Shown here: positions 52,801 to 60,844 of the stretch, piece by piece
How positions within the stretch are numbered: the stretch's first letter is position 1
How the letters are laid out: each line of letters starts with the position of its first letter
Assembly: GCA_963799845.1 (NCBI GenBank)
Contig: CAWCYI010000004.1
Location: 1,600,001 to 1,664,000 of the forward strand
Source: an uncultured Nitrososphaerota archaeon
Lineage (GTDB): Archaea; Thermoproteota; Nitrososphaeria; Nitrososphaerales; CADDZS01
DNA length: 64,000 nt
Reading direction: 5' to 3'
The notes under the pieces: model-generated
The model's database searches: none
What the model was told of the DNA's origin: nothing
The model's input: the letters and a program-made list of their open reading frames with translations, nothing else
Program-made: the position numbers and the translations under genes

Positions 52801-54182
52801 ACGACGTCCTCGTCTCGTACCTCTACATAATTTCCATCATTCTCTTCATCCTCTCTCTGCGGTGGATGAGCGAGGTCAAGACTTCGGAGAGAGGAAACTG
52901 GTCGGCTGTGTTCGGCCTCGCTATTGCGATCATCGGTACTCTACTCGCGTATTCAATCCAGCGAACCGACCTGCTCGCGGCAGGTTTTGCGATAGGAGCT
53001 ATCGTCGGATCGCCGATCGCTCTAAGACTTCCGATGACCGCGGTCCCGCAGAGGACTGCAATGTCCCACGCGTTTGGCTCGATGGCCGTCGCGCTGATCG
53101 GTGCATCCGAATATTACAACCGCGCGCCGAACATCGACGCGTTCACCCTTTCCGTCCTTTCTGCAGAAATGATTCTCGGATTTCTCACGTTTACAGGCAG
53201 CTGCGTTGCCTTCGCGAAACTCCAGGGACTTATCCCCGGCAATCCGCTGATCTATCCGGGCCGCGTCATCGTTAGTCTATCAACACTGGGGATCGCGATA
53301 GCCCTTGGTGTATTTTTCGTGATAAATCCAGGTGATTCTTTCATACTTCCGATCATGGCTGCGTTCGCGCTCGCGTTCGGCTTCCTACTGGTTATGGCGA
53401 TCGGCGGTGCCGACATGCCGACCGTGATCGCGATCTTGAACGCATACGCAGGGATGTCTGCGGCGGCTCTGGGTTTTGTCCTCGACAACAAGGTCCTCAT
53501 CGTCGCGGGCTCGCTCGACGGCTCCTCCGGTTTCATTCTCGCTGTCATCATGAGCCAGGCGATGAACCGCTCATTCCTCAACGTGCTTTTCGGCGGGGTC
53601 GGCGCGAAGATTGCAAAGGGCGAGGAACCCAAGACGGGGCAGAGCGCGCGCACGGTTCAGGGTTTTACGGCGGAAGACGTCGCGACGATCCTCGACAACG
53701 CGCGGACTGTAGTATTCGTCCCAGGTTATGGCATGGCGGTTTCACAGGGGCAGTACGTCGTGAAGGAGCTCGCGGATGTCCTACAATCGCGAGGTATTGA
53801 TGTCAAGTACGCAATTCATCCAGTCGCTGGAAGGATGCCGGGCCACATGAACGTCCTCCTCGCCGAGGCGCAGGTGCCGTATGAGCAGCTCTGGGAGATG
53901 GACAAGATCAACCCACTGTTTCCCGAGACCGATGTCGCGATCGTCGTGGGAGCAAACGACGTCACAAACCCAGCCGCGCGGACGAAGGCTGACTCGCCAC
54001 TCTTCGGCATGCCCATTCTCGATGTTGACAAGGCAAAGACCGTCGTGTTCATCAAGCGCTCGATGAACCCCGGCTTTTCCGGCATGGACAACGAACTCTT
54101 CTACCTCCCAAATACGATGATGGTGTTCGGCGACGCAAAGAAAGTACTCACCGACCTCCTTTCAGCTGTGAAAAAGAGTTAG
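52797..54182 (+). CDS. pntB: NAD(P) transhydrogenase subunit beta
   Basis: IGGADMP, PGYGMAV, HPVAGRMPGHMNVLLAEA, GANDV, KRSM. Confidence 0.97.
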   Translation: MNDVLVSYLYIISIILFILSLRWMSEVKTSERGNWSAVFGLAIAIIGTLLAYSIQRTDLLAAGFAIGAIVGSPIALRLPMTAVPQRTAMSHAFGSMAVALIGASEYYNRAPNIDAFTLSVLSAEMILGFLTFTGSCVAFAKLQGLIPGNPLIYPGRVIVSLSTLGIAIALGVFFVINPGDSFILPIMAAFALAFGFLLVMAIGGADMPTVIAILNAYAGMSAAALGFVLDNKVLIVAGSLDGSSGFILAVIMSQAMNRSFLNVLFGGVGAKIAKGEEPKTGQSARTVQGFTAEDVATILDNARTVVFVPGYGMAVSQGQYVVKELADVLQSRGIDVKYAIHPVAGRMPGHMNVLLAEAQVPYEQLWEMDKINPLFPETDVAIVVGANDVTNPAARTKADSPLFGMPILDVDKAKTVVFIKRSMNPGFSGMDNELFYLPNTMMVFGDAKKVLTDLLSAVKKS

Positions 54183-54194
54183 GGTTCAGAAAAA

Positions 54195-54215
54195 TCCATC
54201 CAAAAAACGGATGGA
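54195..54215. terminator. Hairpin between convergent genes
   Basis: TCCATCC-N7-GGATGGA just after the pntB stop. Confidence 0.35.
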
Positions 54216-54245
54216 ATGATGTTCGCGCTGCATTAGTCCAAAGTC

Positions 54246-54485
54246 TTAGTCGTTAATGTGTATACTGCCAATCCGAAAAAATAATCCGACTATTACTAGC
54301 ACGATCCCCGATATGCCTGTGTCACTTATTACTAACTGTCCTTCAGAGTTTGTAAACCCCGGAGAATAACCGTACAAAATAATCCCGGTGAATACCGAGA
54401 CCGCACTAATTACGAATACAATCATTATTTCGATTCCATTAGCCATACCCCCGGATTGAAAATGCTCGGCTATAAACCCGTACAA
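54246..54485 (-). CDS. Small 2-TM hypothetical membrane protein
   Basis: Two hydrophobic segments. Confidence 0.45.
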   Translation of the reverse strand: MYGFIAEHFQSGGMANGIEIMIVFVISAVSVFTGIILYGYSPGFTNSEGQLVISDTGISGIVLVIVGLFFRIGSIHIND

Positions 54486-54550
54486 GTCGTATGAGAGCCC
54501 GATTCTCGCAATACTTTATACGGAAGAATTCGGCGGATAGATTTCGTCCG

Positions 54551-55129
54551 ATGCCTTATTGCCAGTACTGCGGTACCCAGATTGTTCAGCCGGATGCAAA
54601 GTTTTGCCCGAGCTGCGGGAAACCTATCGGGCTAGCGACTACACCTACGCCGAAACAGGAAACATTTTTTTCGCATCCGGGAGTTGCAGGGATGTCGAGC
54701 AATCCGGCGCCAAGCGTCCATCAAAACCTTGACTCTCGCGCAATTTTTTTCCCCGACGAGCGAATCGCATGGGAGAAAGATTTCAGGGAAGGATTGATCC
54801 ACAAGCACGTCGAGAGAGCTTACATCATCACGAACCGCCGCGTGATTGCGCTTGATATGGTTCAGGGCAGGGTCATGGTGTCGATCCCGATCAGGGACAC
54901 AGATCTGGTTGTGATGGACCGGCACAGTAGCGGAACATCGGTCGGCGGCGGAACGTACCACGAAGGGATGACAAGCTCATTCAGAACGAACACCTCGAAG
55001 AGTGTCGGCACGATTATTTTCATGACGAACGGCGTGGAGCGGATTAAGCTGGGAGGGATCGGCGATCCCGATGGAGTGAAGAACCTCTTCAATTCAATAA
55101 AGCGCGAAGTGCTCCAGAACGAAAGGTAA
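54551..55129 (+). CDS. Zinc-ribbon plus bacterial PH-like domain protein
   Basis: MPYCQYCG..AKFCPSCG; YIITNRRVI. Confidence 0.8.
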   Translation: MPYCQYCGTQIVQPDAKFCPSCGKPIGLATTPTPKQETFFSHPGVAGMSSNPAPSVHQNLDSRAIFFPDERIAWEKDFREGLIHKHVERAYIITNRRVIALDMVQGRVMVSIPIRDTDLVVMDRHSSGTSVGGGTYHEGMTSSFRTNTSKSVGTIIFMTNGVERIKLGGIGDPDGVKNLFNSIKREVLQNER

Positions 55130-55134
55130 CGACT

Positions 55135-56227
55135 TTAGCCCCGCATCCTCTTTCCATCGGGGTCGTAGTACCTGAGCGGTACTATCTTTGCCGTTCGATC
55201 GTCTATCGTGACCTCGCTTCCGTTTTTCGCGTACTCGCTCTTGAGCCATGCCCACGCGAGATTTTTTCCCACCGTCAAACCCCTGAACGCGTACACGGTC
55301 TCCCCTGCAATCTCGCCTCCTGCTCTAACTGGCCGTTTCTCGTGTAACAATGAATCTCCCTCCACTTCAAGCGCTACGAGCTTTTTCCGGCCCCTTTTCC
55401 TTGATTTCTAGGAGAGCTTCCCTTCCGATGAAATCTCGCTTGTCAAACGAAACCCATCGTTCCAGCCCGCACTCGAAGGGATTATTCTCGGAGGTCACTT
55501 CGTACCCGTAGAAGATGTAGCCCTTTTCGAACCGCAGCGAGTCCAGCGCGTCGAAGCCGTACGGGAGCGCTCCATACTTTTTTCCTGCCTCGAAGATAAC
55601 GTTCCAGGCATCGACGGTGTCTTCGGCACCGAAGTAGCACTCGTAACCCAGCTCGCCGGAAAATCCCACGCGCGCGATCAACGCGGAGACGCCGCCGAGC
55701 TTGCCGGTTGAAAAGTGGAAGAATTTTAGAGCGCTGACGTTTCCGTCGTACAGCTCCTGCAACAGCTCCCTCGATCTGGGGCCCTGCACGGAGATCATGC
55801 CGAGGCTTGGGCTGATGTCGGTCAGATAGATGTCCCGATCCTCGACGTGATCCTGGAGCCACTTCAGAGTCTTGTACCTCATGATAGAGGATGTAACGAT
55901 CCGAAAGTGATCTTCTGAAATCCTCCACACAGTCAGGTCGTCCATTATTCCGCCCCGCTCGTTGCACAGCGTCGTGTACATCAGCTGGCTGTCCGAGAGT
56001 TTGCTCGCGTCGTTTGCCGCGAGTCTCTGGAGGTATTCCAGCGCGTCCCTTCCATTGACGTCGATCCTTCCCATCAGCGAGGTGTCCATCATCCCCACTC
56101 TTTCCCTCACGGCCCGATGCTCTTCCTCGACGCTCCTGTAATGAGCCGGCATTCGATAACCTGCCGAAGTCGTCAACATCTCAGCGCCGAGAGTGACGTG
56201 GACGCCGTAGAGAGGAGTGAATTTCAT
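55135..56227 (-). CDS. GcvT-family aminomethyltransferase / folate-binding protein; frameshift near 55375
   Basis: TPLY..H, EEH.AVRE, D.S.MG, QGP.S, GFSGELGYE, LRFEKG, YDP.G.R.RG. Confidence 0.9.
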
Positions 56228-56289
56228 GCATGGAGATTTTTGTCGGGAACTATGTAAGAGTTCATCCGGTACCAGAAGGAGTTGTGTTC

Positions 56290-56496
56290 CTAACTTTTGG
56301 TATTCCTTACATGCTGCTTTCGCCGCTCATGCAGGGAATAACCCCGGCCGCTTCGTTCGTTCTCGCGAGAGCAGAATTTCTTGACGGATTTCAGATCGCT
56401 CTAATCATACTTGCGATAATCAATTCGGCTGCTATTATTCCATCTTTGGTGAGAGGGAAGACGGCAAGTGTTGAGATGAAAGCTGAATCTGTATAA
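56290..56496 (+). pseudogene. C-terminal remnant resembling a DHA2 MFS transporter
   Basis: FLDGFQIALIILAIINSAAIIPSLVRG resembles the last TM helix of 14-TM MFS proteins; no N-terminal part. Confidence 0.5.
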
Positions 56497-56564
56497 TAAT
56501 TCGTTGGCCTCGTTTCAAAGCATATAAAACGGCTTCAGGGAAGCCCGTCCTGAGACCACCTGTA

Positions 56565-57842
56565 TTGGCGTCCGATTTTCTGGCAAACAACCTGTTCGTT
56601 CTGATAGCTGCACTCCTTGTCTTCACGATGACCGGATCAGTCGGTCTGCTAGAGGTCGGCGAGCTCGGCGAGGAGTTTTCTCACGTCAGCCTGCTGAAGG
56701 TCATGCTCATAACTGGAATCGGATTTTTCGTTATGGCAATCGTCGGATTCAACACGGCCTTTGCGCCGACGGTCGGCGGGATAATTGGGGCGCCGCTCTA
56801 CGGGCCGGGGTTTTTGCTCGGGGGCGCGTCGAATGCCACGGCCGTGTTTTGGTCGATGACATCGCAGTACTTTGGAACCGGACTTTCGCTCGGGACGTAC
56901 TTTTTCTTCGAGACGGCGTTCGCAACGGTGACGCTGGCCCTTGTTGGAGTGGTGGTGTTGAAGAAGGTGAAGCTTGAAGCGTTCGCGATATTTGCGGTTG
57001 TTTATTTTCTCATCATCTGGAACCTGCCGGCTGCGTGGATTTGGAACCCCACGGGATGGCTTTACCAGCTTGGGATGAGGGATTTCGCCGGAGGACTCGT
57101 CGTGCACGGAGCGGCGGGTGCGGCTGGGCTCGGGATACTCGTGCAGCTGTGGATGGAAGAAAAGAAGGCCGGGTTGAAGCAGAGCGCGGTCGTTCCGATC
57201 AATGTCAGTCCCAACTGGCTCACGCTGTCAATCGTTCTGCTCTGGATGGGGTGGTTCGGGTTCAATCCGGGAAGCGTACTCGCGTTCGACTCTTCGACGA
57301 TCACGGTTGTCCTCACTACTTTTCTCTGCGCGGCTTCGAGCTTCTTGTCGCTGATGCTCGTTACCTACTGGAAGACGCGCGAAAATCCGGGATTGATCAA
57401 TATGTCAAACGGCGTCTTGATGGGTTTGATCGTGATAACTCCGATTGCTGGGTTTGTCAGCCCGGCGAGCGCGATCCTGCTTGGAATTATTTCGGCGCCC
57501 ATCTATTACGGAGCGGAAGTGTGGTTTGCGAAGAGAAAGTGGTTTTCCGATCCGGTTGGGCTGATGCCTGGACATCTCACCGGTGGGCTGTTTGGAGTTT
57601 TGACGATTGGATTTTTCTCGCAGAACGTGTTTTCATCGGCTTCGGGAAACCCGACGATCCCGGACGGGATATTGTTTGGAGGCGGGACGGCAGCTCTTGA
57701 CCAGCTTGGGATCGAAGCTTTTGGCATTATAGTCGTGGTCGCATTTGTCTTCGTTGTGTCGCTGGTGACGATGAAGATCGTGAGCACAGCTCTCAGAGGA
57801 ATACTCGTCGCGCCGAAGGTCTCGAAGAAAGTTGAAGGATGA
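56565..57842 (+). CDS. amt: Ammonium transporter
   Basis: FFETAFA, WIW...GW, DFAGGLVVH, LWMGWFGFN.GS, second His in PGHLTGG. Confidence 0.96.
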   Translation: MASDFLANNLFVLIAALLVFTMTGSVGLLEVGELGEEFSHVSLLKVMLITGIGFFVMAIVGFNTAFAPTVGGIIGAPLYGPGFLLGGASNATAVFWSMTSQYFGTGLSLGTYFFFETAFATVTLALVGVVVLKKVKLEAFAIFAVVYFLIIWNLPAAWIWNPTGWLYQLGMRDFAGGLVVHGAAGAAGLGILVQLWMEEKKAGLKQSAVVPINVSPNWLTLSIVLLWMGWFGFNPGSVLAFDSSTITVVLTTFLCAASSFLSLMLVTYWKTRENPGLINMSNGVLMGLIVITPIAGFVSPASAILLGIISAPIYYGAEVWFAKRKWFSDPVGLMPGHLTGGLFGVLTIGFFSQNVFSSASGNPTIPDGILFGGGTAALDQLGIEAFGIIVVVAFVFVVSLVTMKIVSTALRGILVAPKVSKKVEG

Positions 57843-57876
57843 GCTAAAATATTGAACGTGTGCGAGATATCTGCAT

Positions 57877-58323
57877 ATGGAATTTTGTTCAAGCTGCGGG
57901 CGAGTGGTTCAGCCTGATCTCCCTTACTGCCCGTACTGCGGCGCGAGTTTGAGAAACTCGAGCTACTCCTCCCGCCAGCCGTACCAGACTGTGGGGACCT
58001 ATTACAAACGACAGGGGAAGAAGCCTTGGGTCGCGGCGGGGCTGGCCCTTGTACTGGGACTTTTTGGGCTGTGGGGAATAGGGCATCTCTACGCGGGAAA
58101 GTTTGCGCGGGGTATCGGGCTCCTTTTTACTGGACTCGTTATCGGGGGACTATTCTGGTTCAGCGTTATACTCACGGTCATCCTCGTCGGATACGTGGGG
58201 ATCGTGCTATTCGGGCTGTTCTTTGTGGGCGGATGGCTCTGGCAGGCGTTTGATGCGTACAATGCCGCGCACGAGTATAACGAACTACATGCGACGGTGT
58301 TCCAGAGAAATAATTTCTTTTGA
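57877..58323 (+). CDS. Zinc-ribbon plus TM2-domain membrane protein
   Basis: CSSCG..YCPYCG; K.PWVAA.L...GIGHLY.G. Confidence 0.85.
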   Translation: MEFCSSCGRVVQPDLPYCPYCGASLRNSSYSSRQPYQTVGTYYKRQGKKPWVAAGLALVLGLFGLWGIGHLYAGKFARGIGLLFTGLVIGGLFWFSVILTVILVGYVGIVLFGLFFVGGWLWQAFDAYNAAHEYNELHATVFQRNNFF

Positions 58324-58376
58324 GTTACAAACTACAGCTTGTTTTGAGCTCTGATTGAGTGACCGATAGCTGAAAC

Positions 58377-58685
58377 AAAAAAGGTGCCCCCTCCACACCG
58401 ACGGCGACACACGCCGTCGAACGCACCCTAAATTGCTCCCTAACCTGACCTAATACGCCACTAAGGAGTTCAACCCTTACCTTTTTCCTTTTTGCACGCC
58501 AGTGCAAAGTGACGGCACCTACGGTGCCAAGTGACATTCATACGCCTAAAATACCGACACTACCGGCACTTTTTGTTGAAGTGCTTACGGCAATTGGCGA
58601 CACACGCCAACTGTTAGGGGTTGCCTTCGGCAATCTAGAGTTTGCGAGACGTGTGAGTGTCTTAGACCAGCAATATTGTTGCGCC
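58377..58685 (-). ncRNA. Unknown ~310-nt highly structured element (ncRNA or ssDNA fold)
   Basis: Seven or more hairpins plus long-range helices; G-U/T pairs only on the minus strand; ends GCACC-TTTTTT. Confidence 0.6.
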
Positions 58686-58697
58686 ACATGCTCGGTC

Positions 58698-59090
58698 ATT
58701 GGATTCTCGTAACGCGCTCCAAGGACATCACCTTTGCCCAGAAAGGCTCGCAGACTCTTCTACCTGTATCAAAATTATTTTCTTGATTCGTTCCTTTGCA
58801 AGCATGTCCTCAAATTGGGAAATTATCTTACGTCCATAACCGTGTCTCCTATAAGGCTCGAATACTTCCAATGAGCGCAATTGTATTATCTGCTCATTGA
58901 GTTTGCCAAAGACGCCATTGCCTTGCACCAGCTTGGTTTAATTTTTAGCGACAAGTTCGAGCAGCATTATCTTACTTTCTGCCTTAATTCCATCCTTCTA
59001 TCGATCTCGCAAACCCTGTCATATTGGATAGGATATCTTTGATGGGAATAATTTGGCCTTTCATCGAAAACTATTTTCTTAGATTTTAGT
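58698..59090 (-). pseudogene. Decayed GNAT acetyltransferase
   Basis: LRSLEVFEPYRRHGYGRKII (motif A), then FWAK in a shifted frame; upstream part has stops. Confidence 0.65.
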
Positions 59091-59199
59091 CAAATCCAAC
59101 AAATGACCCTCTAGAACACCGATTTCGGAGTCTCAGAAATTAGATAGACTTGAAAAAATGACTAATCTGTCTTAAATGATCAAAAAATACATTAGGAAC

Positions 59200-59298
59200 A
59201 TATAGGTGCTTTACTCCTGTTCTGAAAGTAGTGCTGCATGATGAGGTATCAGTTGGCAACAGACTCGAAATTAATCGTCCGTTGCCGTCAATGAACTA
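59200..59298 (-). pseudogene. cas1: cas1 remnant, continuation beyond the IS630
   Basis: FIDGNGRLISSLLP in frame with the N-terminal part after IS removal, then HHAALLSEQ in a shifted frame; homology lost beyond ~59200. Confidence 0.7.
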
Positions 59299-60423
59299 AC
59301 CTGGCCGACATAAATTATTAGACTGAAAGGGCCACAGACCTAGACATTCTCATTTTTGGCCAACTTCCCTTCCTATCTCAGGTTGTATGTCTCGATTACA
59401 GGCACCGAAGGAGATTGTTGAAGAGGCTTATAGAGAGGAGAGGGACGCAAACGTAAGCAAGAGGATATTCCTCGTTCTGAAGGTCAAGTACGAGGGTGTC
59501 CCGGCGTCGCACGTAGCAAGGGAAGTTCACCGGCACAAATCATGGACGACACCGTGGCTTAGACGTTTCGAGAAAGATGGGCTAGAAGGACTCAAGACGA
59601 TGGAAAGGAGCGGGAGACCTCCGAAGCTCGATCACAACAAGTTCATTGCGGTGAAGAGGAAGGTCGTGAAGAACGAATGCGGCTGGACCGTGAAGGAGGT
59701 CAGGGAGATGATCCGCAAGGAAGCAGACGTGGCATACACTGAGAGACACATCTACAGGTTGATGCAGAAGTGGGGAGTGAGAGCAATTGTCCCTGACAAG
59801 AGGTTACTTCACAAGGCTTCCCTCGAAGAGAGGCTCGAATTTAAAAAAGGACCGCAAGACTCCTCAGGAATATCCCGGAAGGCTTCACCGTAGCATCCGA
59901 AGACGAATCAATCTTCGTCCAGAACATAGAAACCAAAAGGGTGTGGGCGGTCAAAGGGATTCGACCGATTCGGATTGTGTCAGGCTCGCACGGCAACACC
60001 GTGGTGTTTGGAGCGATCAGCCTGGACGGGACACAAATCTTCAGGCAGTACGAGAAATTCAATGGCGAGACATTCCTCGACTACCTGAAGAAGGTGCACA
60101 GGAAGTTTGGATCACTCTATCTCTTCCTTGACAAAGCAAGGCAACACCACAAAACCAGGATCGTAACTGATTATTTGGGTAAGAACAGGAAGACTCTCAG
60201 AGTCAGATGGATCCCGACAGCTTCGCCAGAGTTCAACATGATGGAGGAGTGTTGGCGCGAGGGTGAGAAGGATTCTCTCAAGGCTTCCAACCTTTCCGAC
60301 GTCATTGAAAGAACTGAAATCAATCCTGGCAGAATACTATCGAACGCGAAGGTTTTGCTCGCATCTTGACATGAAGAAATTCCTTCTGACCAACAGGTGT
60401 CTATGAACTTATGTCGGCCAGGT
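59299..60423 (+). mobile_element. IS630-family insertion sequence (1125 bp)
   Basis: 25-bp TIRs ACCTGGCCGACATAA(a/g)TT..TAGAC (22/25 match) at 59299-59323 and 60399-60423; TA duplicated on both sides. Confidence 0.95.
59387..60406 (+). CDS. IS630 transposase (HTH OrfA + DDE OrfB via -1 frameshift at TTTAAAAAAG 59840-59849; extra indel near 60270)
   Basis: SGRPPKL HTH region; catalytic D (EDES), D (FLDKA), E (MMEECW); stop lies inside the right TIR. Confidence 0.9.
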
Positions 60424-60638
60424 TAAACAGAAACCTTGTGCACCGCCAACCAATTAATGGCGGACATTGTAATTGAACCAAAACCTCTCGGACAGATTAT
60501 CGTGTCATAGGTCATCTTTCCTATCGGAAAGATTCCGGCGGTTTCTCTTTTTGAAGAAAAGTTGTGCGTGGTTTCTACCACTAGGTTTGTGTCTTGAACC
60601 TTGATGAATGCACTCTCGTCTAAAATTAGCGGATTCAT
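60424..60638 (-). pseudogene. cas1: Solo/casposase-like Cas1 N-terminal domain, interrupted by IS630
   Basis: MNPLIL....IKV....LVV...YDTII..G.GSITMSAINWL..HKVSV matches the Cas1 N-terminal beta domain; continues as FIDGNG across the IS. Confidence 0.78.
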
Positions 60639-60656
60639 TCTACGTTATGTAGGCGG

Positions 60657-60671
60657 GGAGAATATATCTCC
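60657..60671. promoter_or_regulatory. Palindromic, possibly bidirectional TATA promoter/operator
   Basis: GGAGA-ATATA-TCTCC about 25 nt from the cas1 ATG (minus) and about 25 nt from the start of the plus-strand structured element. Confidence 0.5.
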
Positions 60672-60689
60672 TTTCGGCCTCTCTTTTTC

Positions 60690-60843
60690 TGCCGTGTCCG
60701 AGGGGGGTGGGTGGTGCCTAGGTGAGTTAGTTAGTGCCTAACAGCAGCTATGGCAATAGCAGAACCTGCTAAACACTAAGACAACCGCCCTAAGTGTGAC
60801 GCGTCCTCGGTCGCCAAAGCGAACCTGAAGGCATGATGTTTTT
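60690..60843 (+). ncRNA. Unknown ~150-nt structured element divergent from cas1
   Basis: Nested stems CCGAGG/CCTCGG, GGGTGGT/ACCGCCC, TTAGTG/CACTAA, AGCAG/CTGCT, GCTAT/ATAGC, TCGC/GCGA; ends in a T-tract. Confidence 0.5.
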
Positions 60844-60844
60844 G

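Noticed and set aside
7313-55380. Programmed frameshifting in the split metabolic genes
   Set aside because: The breakpoints lack shared slippery sequences; only the IS630 TTTAAAAAAG site fits known -1 recoding
57035-57700. Long alternative-frame ORFs overlapping real genes (e.g. 221 aa in amt, 202 aa at 31010..31618)
   Set aside because: Shadow ORFs of GC-biased coding sequence with no protein-like motifs
58428-58455. SRP RNA helix-8-like GUCAGGU...GGGAGCAA on the minus strand
   Set aside because: Lacks the CC-GGAA-GG tetraloop stem and any recognisable Alu domain; the segment pairs better long-range. A cmscan search would settle it
58325-58712. ORFs 58325..58537 (-) and 58509..58712 (+)
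   Set aside because: No recognisable motifs, non-ATG or weak starts; the sequence is better explained by secondary structure
60655-60676. GGGGAGAATATATCTCC as a casposon TIR
   Set aside because: It points away from cas1, and no matching inverted copy, TSD or polB is in the window; better explained as a promoter palindrome
58377-60843. CRISPR array near cas1
   Set aside because: No regularly spaced 23-47-bp direct repeats; only two GGCGACACACGCC copies about 190 nt apart
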